A DNA stretch of 63,468 bases, counting the filler, from Phoronis australis (lineage: Eukaryota; Animalia; Phoronida): the NCBI GenBank assembly GCA_002633005.1. It is 7 parts of 7 records of this genome, joined end to end, with 100 filler letters (N's around TTAATTAATTAA, not from the genome) between each part and the next. Parts side by side here need not be neighbours in the genome. Positions count along the whole stretch, not along the records: positions 28,420 to 52,705 come from NMRA01000467.1; positions 52,806 to 59,799 come from NMRA01000825.1; 5 more parts are not named here. One strand, given 5' to 3'. A program made the translations under genes and the position numbers. Of the stretch, positions 47,519 to 59,799 are shown piece by piece. The notes below the pieces were generated by a model. That model did no database searches. It was not told the DNA's origin and saw only the letters and a program-made list of their open reading frames with translations. Position 1 is the first letter of the stretch; every line of letters begins with the position of its first letter.

Positions 47519-48569
47519 ACTTCCACACTTTTTCAAAAGAGGGAAAACTACTAAGGAATGGCTGAGGAGGGTAAAAGTCTAGTTGCCGTAAGTATTGGTA
47601 TGTTTTTTGGAGATCGATTCAACATCAGACAACTTGATTTTTGGTAACGTTGATAAGTCTTTTGACCACAACACCTTGCAGGACGATGCCATGTTTGTCA
47701 AGGCGCCTCGTTTTCGATCAACACGACAGCAGCGCCCCGCGTTCGTGAAAGAGGTGAATACAGCACAGAAAACTTTCTGTGTGACAGAAATTACACCTTC
47801 ACTCAGGCACGCAGCCCTGTTTCTATGTGTTGATTTTTTTCGGTCACTTTTGCAGTGTAGTTGTCTGTGGTTAGAGTGCCTGAGATTAGATTCCGAGGTA
47901 AGGGTTTTTGTGCGTGGTAAGAGTTTTGCGATGTGTGGTAAGGGGGTGCGGGCGTGGTAAGAGTTGGTTTCCACACCATGCAGATGACTGGTGGAGATTA
48001 CCTCATGCAACCCCATTGTTTTAACAGAAGTCAGACTGCAAGGGCTTTTACTCTGTGCTCCACTTCACGTATTATAGAACAGTGGTGGAAATCTTAACTA
48101 ATGAACTTATTCTGGCATAGAATATTAATTATTTCTCCCAACGGACTGGTTGTCAAAACAAATCAAAACTTACCACCGAAACACACACAGGTCTCACACA
48201 TGCTGCGAGCCCTGAATCACTACGCGCCATTCCACTTTGTTTGATCTTTATAGTAAAATTTTTTAATTGGACTTTTGCCATTGTGTACAAAACTGTTCAG
48301 CTGAACTAAAATGTATTTTCAATTCGTGCAATATGAATAATATTTTTGCATTCGAGTCTTTCTAGGATATTGAAAGCATAAATTTTATCATGTTCAGTAT
48401 TGGCGAGGAACATTGGAAGAAATGTATTAGGACAAAACCAAAGTTGAGAACTTACATGACGTATTAAGAAAACTTTAAAATCGAGGCATACATGTATTTT
48501 TGTTTTCCTTGAGTAAGATTTTTTATTTTGTCCCTTAAGATTTGGTATTCTTTTACTTGAGATAAAGGT

Positions 48570-48720
48570 TGGAAGGTACACTAATTTTAAACCAGAAAAA
48601 GTTATGTCGCGTATGTTGTCTCACAGCTGTAGAAGATGAACTTCATTTTGTGCGTCACTGTACTCTATATCGCGGTTTACGTAGAAAACATACAGATAAG
48701 CTTAGTTTGTTTAGTGATTC
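48570..48720 (+). mobile_element. CR1/L2-group LINE 3' fragment
   Basis: KLCRVCCLTAVEDELHFVRHCTLYRGLRRK. Confidence 0.65.
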
Positions 48721-49494
48721 ATATGTTGAAAAAGAAGCATTTTTAACTGCAAGAGGAGTTTATATACTGTTGTGTAATCAGTGATTTCAAGCCGAATGGG
48801 CTGGATGTTTTTACATTCTTAATTTATTATTTAAATTTAGCCCATGTCACTAATAAACTGCTACTGCTACTGCTACTGCTACTACTTGGTGTATTAAAAT
48901 ATTTGCCTTTTTTATTTTTATTCTTTGAATATGAATTACTACGCTCATTTTGTGAAAGAGGAGTGGGGACTTTGGTTTCTATGAACTTGTCTTGTGAAGT
49001 TAGTCCAATAATAGTCCAATAATTTAGGTCTCGCTTAACGCAACTCAACGGAAATTTTAATTTGCGTCGATTTTACCAAGATGCTTAACTTTGTTTTAGT
49101 GATTTTTGTGGAATCAGTCCTATCGCCTTCTGCTGAGTACAACACAAGACAAACCTAATCAGACAAAATACCTGTTACCTGTCACGTCTCTCAACTTTTG
49201 GCGGCGTTTACAACAAAGGAGACGCGATATCTTGATGATTGCCAAAATAATTTTAGTCATCTACATGCGTTCCTTGAATACATTAGGTCCGAGGCCACCT
49301 AAGAGGAATTGTTAAGATTTTTAGGAAATTCATTTTGAATAAACAGCACATTTTTCGTTGTAAATTTTTTCATCTTTCCGATATGTAATGTATTTTGAAT
49401 CATCACTATTTTATGGAATATATGCATATGAACACAACTTCGGCTTTATGCCAAACGTTTCAAGTCTGGTCAGTACCATGCGCGCACCCAGGGC

Positions 49495-49933
49495 GGTTGT
49501 TACGAAGTGATTGCACAAAATATAAAACATGTAATAAGCATTACAAAAAGAAGGTTTCGCGCGCAATACAAACGCTGTGGACCATACACAAATAGGTCTC
49601 TTAGTATCAAAGTATGAGTTAAATCGTGGTGGTGCAGTGGTAAAGCACGCGCGCTCTATCCGCCAGGTCGTGAGTTCGAGTCTGTCGCGCTTGCAGTTTT
49701 TCCTGTTTGACACTTTCTCCGATTTTTTTGCCTTTTTTTCTTGCATAATTCTTCGGGAATCAAGGAAAATGCTTGATTTTTAGAGGAAGAAAACAGAAAA
49801 TTTTCCTGGGCGGGACGGGGGCAAACCCCCCTCCCGACCTCCCCCCATTTGGTGATATGCGCATCTACAATCGTGCTTTGAGCAAATGTTTACAGACAAA
49901 ATGCCCCCTTGTGATATCCTAGATCCGCCACTG
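49495..49933. mobile_element. Partial copy of the CAGTGGCGGATCTAGG element (inverted relative to 54667-55080)
   Basis: Reverse-complement similarity to 54667-55080; ends GATATCCTAGATCCGCCACTG. Confidence 0.8.
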
Positions 49934-50324
49934 CTTTACGTGAAATTTCGCCGCGTGCTGAGTAAAAACAGTCGTTGGCAAGCTAAAGCCTGTCATTGCA
50001 ACTTCTGCTGACTGGCTGTTCGATTGATCTTTCTCGACAGAAGAGAAGCGATGTACATGTATTGATGACTGCACTGGGCTCGAGGCATGCTAATTTCGCT
50101 TGAAAAGGCTCTAACATCTACGTCAAACTCAGCAAATAACTTAGGGTGAAGCTCTTCAAGTTATTTCAAATTTCGCACAGTGTCATTGGTCAAGTTTAGA
50201 GTTGAGGCTTCAGAAAATGAAGAAAGAAAAGTAGCAGTGCCATGTTGCAAATGCTTTTTATAGACGAGTCCACGGTTTCGAGTTGAGCATGCGTAGCGCA
50301 CTAGTGTGGTAGAGAACTAGATGG

Positions 50325-51345
50325 AGTCGAGTTTTTAACCTAAGTTACATGTTGAGTGAACACGCCGATTTTTACTTAGCGCTCTATTGGACCCGGCAAT
50401 AAAACGGAAGCAGCCGCAAGTAAATGGCGAATACAGGACTTGACATAATATATTGTGCAATTGTTATGGAATATTGTGTTGTTATTTGGACACAGAGACC
50501 ATTTTGTACACAGAAAACGAAGACCCAGTCGTAGTGCTAAATACAGGGAGGGAAAAGATTCAATGGTCGCCCCTCTATTTGTGCTAAGCCCCAAACCCGT
50601 ACCACCAAACTTCGAATCCACGAAACCATTTCCATATTCGCACCTCTAATCTCAACATGTGCGCCAAAAATACACCATACGCGTTGACCAAACTCCACAC
50701 CGGACCAAACTCTAGACCAGTGCTCGGATCAAGAATCTGTTCCCAGTTGCAGTGCATGAACAAGTCCTAAATAGGGACTCAACTAAGTTCCCTATACCAC
50801 CTTCGGCGTGTTTGTGTCTTTGTTTACTCACCATTCTTATGTTTTTTATCAGTTTACGAGCTTCTCTTTGACTCAGAGCCATTTTTAAATATTGTAATTA
50901 AAATCTGAGCGCTTTTTAAGGAAAATAAACATTCTTTAAATAAAGGGCATTGCATAAAAATATAACTATTGCAACAAGTTTATTCACAGTCCACGGTAAA
51001 AAAAGTTCAGAAACGTTGTCGAGTCCCTATTTGAAACTGTTTCGTGCGACAGGGCACATGTCCCCAGTTATGGAGTTCGCAGTCACCAGGTATGGAGTAT
51101 TTTCGATACATGTGGCACGTAACGTGGGTATCCAATTTCTACTGCGGATGGGTGTTTGGGAACCGTGCGTGAAATTTAAAGGTGCGCCTATGGGATCGTG
51201 TTTATACCATGAATTATATCTAGCAGAAATCACAATATTCTCGCACAACTTTATTATTTAGTTTTCGCGATTTACTCTCGGCTCCTTCAATAGAGCGCAA
51301 TGTAAACTTCGGCGTGTTTACTCAAAATGTACTGTAAACTCGGAT
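50325..51345. mobile_element. MITE with ~60-bp imperfect inverted repeats
   Basis: TACATGTTGAGTGAACACGCCGA..TTTAC..GCGCTCTATTG vs CAATAGAGCGC..GTAAA..TCGGCGTGTTTACTCAAAATGTA. Confidence 0.6.
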
Positions 51346-51764
51346 GGGCGATGTCAGCATTCCCGTGCTGCCATTATGGCGTTTTGTCCATGCCCATCTT
51401 GCCGAGTCTTAGTTAGTTTTATCTATTTACGTCATAATAAATGACAATATTCGCAATACTCCTATTGTTTTACTCTGCAACATAGCTCGTGGCGTACCCC
51501 GGGCAAAATAGATTACGATAAATTAAATTTAACTTGTTAAATGCATTTATCGTCATTATTTTGACATTTGTCTCTTTATTTTGAAACCAGTCCGGGTTTA
51601 TTTTGCATTACTCATCTCTATTTATAGCCTCAAGGGCCTACTTTTGTATTCATACATTTCTCTACGCGACTCCTGATTGGTCGCCCATATTTCCTTTGTT
51701 CAGTTCAACGTGGTCTCTCATTCAGCCACCTACCTCGTCGTCTACAAGACCTACGTTTTCACAA

Positions 51765-51970
51765 ATAAACTTAAGTTTCAAGTAATAACTTAAGTTTTCA
51801 TGAAAACTTAAGTTTTTTGTACTAGCAAAACTTAAGTTTTTCTGATAACTTAAGTTTATCACAAAACTTAAGTTTTTGTAATTTTAAAAACTTAAGTTTT
51901 CCTGACTTCTTTAGTTTTTCAGAAAACTGGATTTTTTCATTTGTGGAAAACTTGAATTTTCTAAAAACTC
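51765..51970. repeat. Array of palindromic AAACTTAAGTTT units
   Basis: ~8 copies at ~19-22-bp spacing, decaying rightwards. Confidence 0.8.
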
Positions 51971-54059
51971 TAAGGTTTCTGTGTGATGAAAATATACGTT
52001 TTCAAGTTTTTAAAATTTGAAAATTGTGAGATATTTAATTTTTGGTTCGAAAATTTTCCCATTATTTTCCAACAAATAACGTAGAAAATATATCTGAAAC
52101 TAAATAAGGCGATCCAGATCCTCCCAAGGATACTCTTGTTTCGTGAAATGAAGAATATAAATCGGTAAATAAAACAACAAGAATGGATCAACTGAAATTT
52201 GAAATTTTCGGAGGTAACAACTTCCTTTATCAACAAAAACAGAAATAAAGTAAAATCAAACACAAAATGACAATTGACATATAAGATATGGTGTAATGAA
52301 AATGATACATTTTTGCGTAAAAAATTCAATGACATATTTTAAGTTTTTATGTTCAATCCATGAGGTTCTATAGTATTCAGTTTGTCTATCCAATATTGTT
52401 CTCTTTTAAGTCTGTGAGGGGTACTGGGGTGTTGGAGTTTTTCTATTATTTGTACAGAAAGATCTTGAATATTATGGTTTTTGGAATTGAAATGATTACC
52501 TACAGTATCAGAAATGTTTTTATGTATTATGTTAAATCTATGATTACGAAACCGAGTTTGTAGATTATGTTGAGTTTGTCCTACGTATTGGATAGAACAT
52601 TTTTTACAAGTTATAAGGTAAATAATATTGTTGGTGGTGCAATCAGAATAATGTTTTATTTCAAAGTTTTCATTGGTTTGGGAAGACTGGAAAAAAGTGC
52701 TATCGNNNNNNNNNNNNNNNNNNNNNNNNNNNNNNNNNNNNNNNNNNNNTTAATTAATTAANNNNNNNNNNNNNNNNNNNNNNNNNNNNNNNNNNNNNNN
52801 NNNNNACTCTACTTTTGGGCGAACTCAAGATAAGTGTCTATTATTCTATGCTCGAGTACACAATAACTTACGTAGATAATTTATTGCCCTAAGTTCACAG
52901 TTTGTAAACCCAATATTGAAGCAATAAGTTCGAGTTTGAACTCGAAATTTCGAGTTTTTACTCGAGTTTGTAGCATGAATATAAGGGTCTTCAAGGGCAA
53001 ACTTGAACTAGAAACTCCTATGCATAAACTATAATGTATTCGAGCACAGTCTGATAACCAATTATCTTAAGTTCGCTCAAAAGGAGCAGAAAAATTGCCA
53101 AAAATAGTTTCGAGTTCGTTTCGAGTACAAAGATTAGAGACCGGGCCCTGGCTATATTAATAAATCTTTGAATTGTTGTCCACTATGTAAAAATGCACAA
53201 CTATTAATCTTTAAATACTTTTTGTGTTTCTTCGTTGCTAGAAAACGACAGATATCTTGGTCATGACTAAACCCTACAAGACGTATCGGACCATGGCGCA
53301 GCCAGGGGGTCGGAGGCTCGAACGAGCCCCCAGATTTGTCGAATTGGGCAAAAAAGGTCCGCCGGCCTCAGTGAAACAAAAAGTCCGAGTAAACGAGACA
53401 AAAGTTCAGAGGAATTCGGCGCCGATGCACAATTCGTAGACCTGAACCTGAGTGGCCCCGTTTTTTGTTTTTTTAGTCCTCGTTGAGATTTTTCAGGAAA
53501 GGTCCGCATACCGAAAAATTCGAGCCCCCCTGTATTTTAGGCTGGGTGCGCGCATACGCACTAAGAAGGAAAGTAAGTAAATGACCATTAAACATCGACT
53601 TAAGTGAGTGTTCTAGGGACCAAATTAAGTTGAACAATATTGTTTCTGCGATGGGATTCTCACCCACAAAATCATTGTATTTCAATTTCAATATTTAAAC
53701 GTCAAACGATCAAAAATTATATCATTGATTCTTTGTCTAATCTTTATACTAGAAATCAAACGCAATGATTTTCTTGGATGATTTTCAAAACATCCTAGTT
53801 TGCAGTTGATGATCCTAACATAAAAGCTATGAGTTTTTGCTTGTAATCTCGTGTTGTTACCAATATTGGTTCCTAGATACTACACAGTACACACGCATCT
53901 CGACTGACATGGTTCATCAGCAAGATGGCGGACCACTCCGCACAACGAAACCACGTGACTTCAACTATAGTTATATTTATCTCATTGCCAATAACAGTCA
54001 ATGGCAGGTCACGTGATGGCAGCTTTGACGTCACTGACGACGACGGATGGTTCACGCAC

Positions 54060-54560
54060 CAGCGGCACTAAAGACCCTGGCCAACTAATAGACGCCGGCT
54101 CCTGTCCATGGGAAATACTCTCGTGCAAATTCCTTGTCTATCTGCAGTGCTCTCGCTCGTCTTTCTAATGACAACTTTCTTCTTTAACCTGCGACTCTAA
54201 CATCAGAATTCTTCTTCTTCACAAGCTGTCGCCTCAGCCTCGCGTTCTCTGGCTCGTTATCTCACGCATTTTAGCTCTTGTTTCATGCTCCATCTGCTGC
54301 TGCTTGATCCGAGACTCCAGTTTTGCCTGCTGTTCCTTGATCAGCATCTCCGCTTCCAAGGCTTGTTCACGCGCCAGCAACTTGGCCTTCTTCAACCTGA
54401 CGCTAGTCACTGAAGACTGCGACTTAGCACTCAAAGCAGTATTTGCGGTGTGAACGGATACAGAGCTAAAGGCCGCCACTAGACCCAGCAACGACAACTT
54501 GTTGTCCCTCTCGCTCCTCCGCCTCACCTGGTAATTCGTCAGAATGTGAGACGGTCTCAT
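54060..54560 (-). mobile_element. Possible BEL/Pao gag N-terminal fragment
   Basis: Ser-rich then coiled-coil: SAKSQSSVTSVRLKKAKLLAREQALEAEMLIKEQQAKLE. Confidence 0.4.
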
Positions 54561-54666
54561 GGTCGGTTGGTGGAACTTCCATTCCCACGAATGTGTGCTA
54601 GGGCAGCACTGTTATAACTAATGTAGCAGCCTCTGGCTACAGGGATAAGTTGAAAGAAGCCGTTTG

Positions 54667-55589
54667 CAGTGGCGGATCTAGGATATCACAAGGGGGGGCA
54701 ATATTTTGTCTGTAAGCATTTGCGCAAACCATGATTGTAGATGTGCATAGCCCCTCCCGCCCAAAATTTGTTTCGTTTTTTCCTCTAAAAATCAATATTT
54801 CTCCTTGATTCCTGAAGTATGCCCAAGAAAAAGTGCAAAAAAAAAAAGAAAAAACACGGAGAACGTGTCAAACAAGAAAAATTGGATGTACCACATACTC
54901 GAACTAACGACCCGGTGGATACAGCGCGCGTGCTTAACCACTACACCACCACGATTTCACTCCTACTTAATATGTACTAAGACAGCTACTTGTTTATGGT
55001 CCACAGCATTTGCGCGCGAAACCTACTTCTTTTTGTAATGCTTATTACACGTTTTCTATTTTATGCAATCGGTTCTTAACAAATTTGTTGTGTTTTAAAT
55101 AGTCTTCAAATGTCCGAAAGACCAAATCCGTTTTTCGTGTTGGCAATAATGACGGGATTGCTTTGGAAATCGTCTTAAGTTAAGGTTTTAGAAAGAGAGA
55201 ATTATGAGTTTCTGAGTGATTCACTCAGGCTTCGATTAAAATTCACATCTTACCAGCAGCTTCTGTTTTTTCATCGTCACTCAGGCTCCATTTTCTTTAA
55301 AAAATGAAGTAAATTTTCTTCATTGCACAGTGGAGCAGACGACGGAAACGGAGTCCTAGTGCGCAGCGCCACTGCCGGTCGCCTGGGATATCGCGGGAGA
55401 TTAGCCATAGTTCTGATTGCGCCGTGTTCCAAATTGGACACAGAAAATTTTCCTGGGCGGGTGGGGAGCCCACCTCCCGACCTCCCCCCATTCGGTGCTA
55501 TGCGCATCTACAATCGTGGTTTGCGCAAATGCTTACAGCCGGACAAAATGTTGGTCCCCCTGGCTTGTGATATCCTAGATCCGCCACTG
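54667..55589. mobile_element. Non-autonomous DNA transposon with long TIRs (CAGTGGCGGATCTAGGATATCACAAG)
   Basis: Matching inverted ends of ~90 bp; internal tRNA-like A/B boxes; no clear TSD. Confidence 0.8.
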
Positions 55590-56220
55590 GAAAAGCACTG
55601 TGTTGTCGATTAAACCTAATGCAGTTATGTGAAATGGTGTTCACTGAGGTTCTATTGACGAGGAAACCGACTACATTTACCCTGATATGACCAGTTTGGC
55701 GCTTTATCAAGTTTAGAGCCGGGATACATGTGCGCAGTCCCGTGTCTCCGGAGTTTACTAGCTGATAACAGAAATGAAGTAAGGAATACTAGACCGCAAA
55801 CTGATGAGTCCCTAATGAGACTGAACAAATTTCAAGCTGAAACTTTGAACATAAGGTACCAGAAAAAATATGCGAAAATGTAATAATATGAATTTAGCTG
55901 GTAAAAGGAGAAATTATAAAAATATATGGTGCTTGTCACTATTGGCTTAATGGCGCGAAGGCTTATGGTAGAACAAGAGGAAATAAATTTTAACCATCAA
56001 TGCGTCTTACTGTAAGACAAATGTATATATATATATATATATCATACTCCCAGAAATTTCCTACTGGAAAACCGTTTTCTCGTAAATAAGGAGCTAAAAG
56101 ACACAAAAATCTTTCACACTGGTTGCCGGGACTGGTACTGGTGTTCGCCTCCTTTCCGACAGATGTCTAAACTATACAACACAAAATAACCTCAAGGGGG
56201 CGAAGTAGTCGGTTATCAAG

Positions 56221-56236
56221 ATGGCGTCTCTATCAG
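56221..56236 (+). CDS. NDUFS7: NDUFS7 exon 1 (MASLS, 16 nt)
   Basis: caagATGGCGTCTCTATCAG|GTTTGT; phase 1 joins exon 2. Confidence 0.8.
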
Positions 56237-56689
56237 GTTTGTGTCGATTAGCTTTCTGCGAGTTTTCGTGCGTATTTATTTATTTACCTGTCACAGTGAG
56301 AGTTTATGAACTGTTAACCCTGTTTAACTCTATTGTATAGATTTTACAAACCAGATCGAATGGAATCCCGCTCTCAGTCCCCTTGTTTTAGCTCACTTAC
56401 GTAACAGAAAATCCCCGTCGCCATCATCGCTATCGCTACCGACCGACCCACAGGCGTCCTCAGCTTCTGATCGCGTTCCCAATAAACTACATATAATACA
56501 ACAAGGTATGACACTCGGGACTAGAAATTCCACGGGTGCTTCGTTTCCGCCGTCCATATCAAACACATAACTCAATAAATTTACACAAAACAGGTGTTCA
56601 ACAAACCATGAGAAATTGTTCTTTCTTATAATGCCATTCAGGGTGTCCTGCTCCAGCGAGTTCGCAAGAAATTCACTGTCAAAGCACTA

Positions 56690-56888
56690 AAATGTTTCTA
56701 AGAAGCCCAAACACACTTTGCACTTTGTCGGTTCGAGGTCAAGGGCGCTACGGAAATTACCGATGAATTACGGACGGACGGCGTTATCGACATCGTGACT
56801 TTACGCGACAAACCGGCAATTTCTGTACCGTCCTTGACCTCGAACTGACAAAATGCAAAATGTGTTTGGGCTTTTTGGGAACATTTCA
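56690..56888. repeat. Long imperfect inverted repeat (hairpin) in NDUFS7 intron 1
   Basis: AAGCCCAAACACACTTTGCACTTTGTCGGTTCGAGGTCAAGG / CCTTGACCTCGAACTGACAAAATGCAAAATGTGTTTGGGCTT. Confidence 0.8.
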
Positions 56889-57311
56889 TCTTACGTATTT
56901 TGAACTAGCCAAATATGCTCACCAAATGAGATGTTTTCACCTCGTCAAACACACATTTTACACTTAAAATTATCACATGTCTATGGGAAGTGGTGAAGAA
57001 TTCCAACTCCACTTTTTGGTTGCCGTTAACCTGTTCACCGCGTGCAATAACCACAGTTGAAGTCGCGTGAGTTAGGTAAAGACAAGCGCAAGATTTAGCG
57101 AAGTGCGTGACATTGCACTTGCAAAATGTAGTGTGGGAAGATATTGGGTGGAATTTGTGTGACTTGTGTCCCTTGCCCTTGGACTGTTTGTTCGTTAACA
57201 GGGGTCAAATTTGGCGAGTTGACACTATTCTTTGTGTTGAGTCTTTTATTGAATAGAACATGCAATAATGATTAAATATTACTGATTGACGAAGGCTATT
57301 TTCTATTTCAG

Positions 57312-57420
57312 TTCTCAGACAGGCCATCTTCCGAGACGCTCTTAAGAGGCATCTTGGTACACTGACCATTCCATCTTCACATTTATTACATCAGAAAACA
57401 CAAAATTCTAATGGATTAAG
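57312..57420 (+). CDS. NDUFS7: NDUFS7 exon 2 (mitochondrial presequence)
   Basis: tttcag/GTATGG; (V)LRQAIFRDALKRHLGTLTIPSSHLLHQKTQNSNGL; 109 nt, phase 1 to 2. Confidence 0.8.
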
Positions 57421-57779
57421 GTATGGGGTCAGTTACAGGCTAACCAAACAACTCAGCTGTCGCAATTCATAAATTTTGTTTCTTCACTTGTTCATGTAAA
57501 CTCAGCTCAGTCATGGGCCCTGTTAATTCGCAAACACAGCTCACCGACTGTCAAGAATGTGCCGGACTAACAAAACACGCCTTCCACATCCAGTAAACTT
57601 CAGCTTGGACTGGTGCACACAGTACACAGGCATGGACTCGGTGGGGCAGCCATGTTGTGTTGCAGATGTTAGCGTAGTTCTCTTAATTTAAAGCAAAACA
57701 CGTTTTTCAGGAAAACAAGTGTCAGCAACAGAGCATAATGTTCAACTGCCATGTGTCTTATTAATGTTTGTGCGCCCAC

Positions 57780-58100
57780 ATATTTATATGTGTGTGCATA
57801 TTGCCATTATCTCTGTCTGGGCGTCCGGCATTCGATGTTCGCAGCTGTATCTCCTAAACCCCTTACACGATCTTGATGAGATTGGCAGATGTGTTCCTAT
57901 TAAGCTGATGACAGATGACGATGATTTTCGGACGGATCCGATTACCACTGTGCTCCCTAGTGGCAATTTTAGTTTTTTACATTTACCTCTTTATCTTTAA
58001 AAGTCCTCAATGGATTTTCATGAAATTTGGCACATAGGCAAAGCTGTCATCCTGTTTGCGGACGGATTTGAGGTATTTTGCATCACCTAGTGGCCATTGT
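57780..58100. mobile_element. Helentron/DINE-like repeat fragment
   Basis: GCTGTATCTCCTAAACCC, CCCTAGTGGCAATTTT, TGAAATTTGGCA; inverted similarity to 5760-6635. Confidence 0.5.
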
Positions 58101-59423
58101 TAGTGTTTTGGCATCCACCCTTCTGTCAACCAAACCACTGTAAGTAAGGATGATTGTGAAGAATTGTGTTGACTTCTGAAACATCCACGGGCGGTTGTCC
58201 TTGATGTAAATCTTCACCCTGTTCCCATAGGAACCTTTTCTGAAGGCTCTTGCCTTTTTTGTCATGGCGAGATTCATAGGGAAGGTAGTGTTCGTCAAAG
58301 TCTGCGTGAATATCAGTTAGCACACCGGTCTTGCTTGACGAAGCCATTTTCTGATGTCGGACTTCCGCATCATGTGACATCATAGGCGGAGCTATCTTCT
58401 GCTGGCGTAAGGTCTACTGGGGCTGATTTCATCTACAGCACTGCTTTTATTTTTAAAATTTGTTTTTTGACGTTTTTGGCTCGGGCATATCGGGTGACAT
58501 CACAGATATCTAGTGGATGTGCCAAAATTCGCTAACCTAATTAATTCAATGCATTTTTAGGCCCACTTTCAATTGATTTTTTTGTATGATGGCTGCCTTG
58601 TCATACTTGCACTAAAATCAGGTTACAGTGATGCGTTTCTTCAACTCTGGTGTACTCTAGTGATGAGTACTGTTTTTCATTATCAGTGATGTCACGGTAT
58701 GCTTACAAGCCGACACTTGTCCAACATTGCATATGAAATGCAAAAGCACCTCCGTTGATGATATCCCTGAATTGTCCAAGAGTTGTCATCCATTTTCTTG
58801 CAGTTATTTTTTGCTCTTAAGCTCCCATTCAGGAACTGCAATACAGTAGAGAGCTGTGTTGTTTTGTAAAATGAAACTTTGGTACTGAAAAATCCAGTAG
58901 TAGTGAGTAATGTATACATTGTTGTTTTTATAAGTATACCACATGAAAAATTCTCTTGTCGCTAGAGCCTGGGTCTGTTCTCAGTACTCGAAACTCGACC
59001 CGAATATTGACCAATTGCATAGCTCGCTGCTAGTAAACTTGCAAATTTGTACTGTAATCATGCTGTGTGACTGCTTAAGTTGAGAGGATAAGATCCTCGC
59101 CCCAAGGGCCCATTTTATCAAAGGTTGTACTCCCAGTCATAGATGAAACGGTTGTAAGCATGTGATTACAAACGTGGTGCGTTTTTGTGATAACAAACAT
59201 GGTAACCAACTTTGCATTCTTTTTAAGTCACCTTAAGGAACATGGTGGTGGAAGTGTTATCCTCTGTATAAAATAGTTCTCTTTGTTTTGTATTGTAAGA
59301 AATGTTGGAAGTACCTGAGCCCGACTTTTTGTCAGGTGATAGACTGTTGATTGATTGATAGAAATGTACTTTTCCATAGTATATTCATCAACAAGATCAA
59401 ATTTATTGCACTGTTTCTTCCAG

Positions 59424-59559
59424 CGTAATACCAAAGCGATGTCAAAGCACAGAGACAGCTGTTGCTGATAAAAAGCCTTACTCTCCATTTCAAGCTCCTA
59501 ACAACAAGGCAGAGTATGCCCTGGCCAGGGTTGACGACCTGCTTAATTGGGCTAGGAAG
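59424..59559 (+). CDS. NDUFS7: NDUFS7 exon 3 (complex I PSST subunit); gene continues past the gap
   Basis: ttccag/GTAATT; VIPKRCQSTETAVADKKPYSPFQAPNNKAEYALARVDDLLNWARK, the conserved EY..A..DDL.NWAR motif. Confidence 0.93.
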
Positions 59560-59615
59560 GTAATTTATGGTCACTCACATATTCTGTGTCTCTGCAATTA
59601 GATGATGTTTACTAA

Positions 59616-59799
59616 TGACTCATGGTCTGCCAGTCATCTGACAGCATAGAACGACACATGGTCTGCCAGTCATCTGACAGCATAGTATGACTCATGGTCT
59701 GCCAGTCATCTGACAGCATAGAATGATTCATGGTCTGCCAGTCATCTGACAGCATAGAATGATTCATGGTCTGCCAGTCATCTGACAGCATAGAATGAT
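59616..59799. repeat. 36-bp minisatellite
   Basis: (CATGGTCTGCCAGTCATCTGACAGCATAGAATGATT) x 5, running into the gap. Confidence 0.95.

Larger units (their letters stand above)
45610..47757 (+). mobile_element. Internally deleted ISL2EU-like transposon (THAP start on +, second ORF start on -)
   Basis: TIRs TCACCTATTTCACGAA / TTCGTGAAAGAGGTGA flanked by AT; subterminal inverted GATCGAAAACGAGGC; THAP MVYCAVPERTNSSNISSVSF|HTFSK..KEWLRR; convergent MASSCKVLWSKDLSTLPKI. Confidence 0.65.

Noticed and set aside
58126-58383. Minus-strand ORF MASSSKTGVLTDIHADF... in NDUFS7 intron 2
   Set aside because: No recognisable domain or splice support; adjoins repeat sequence
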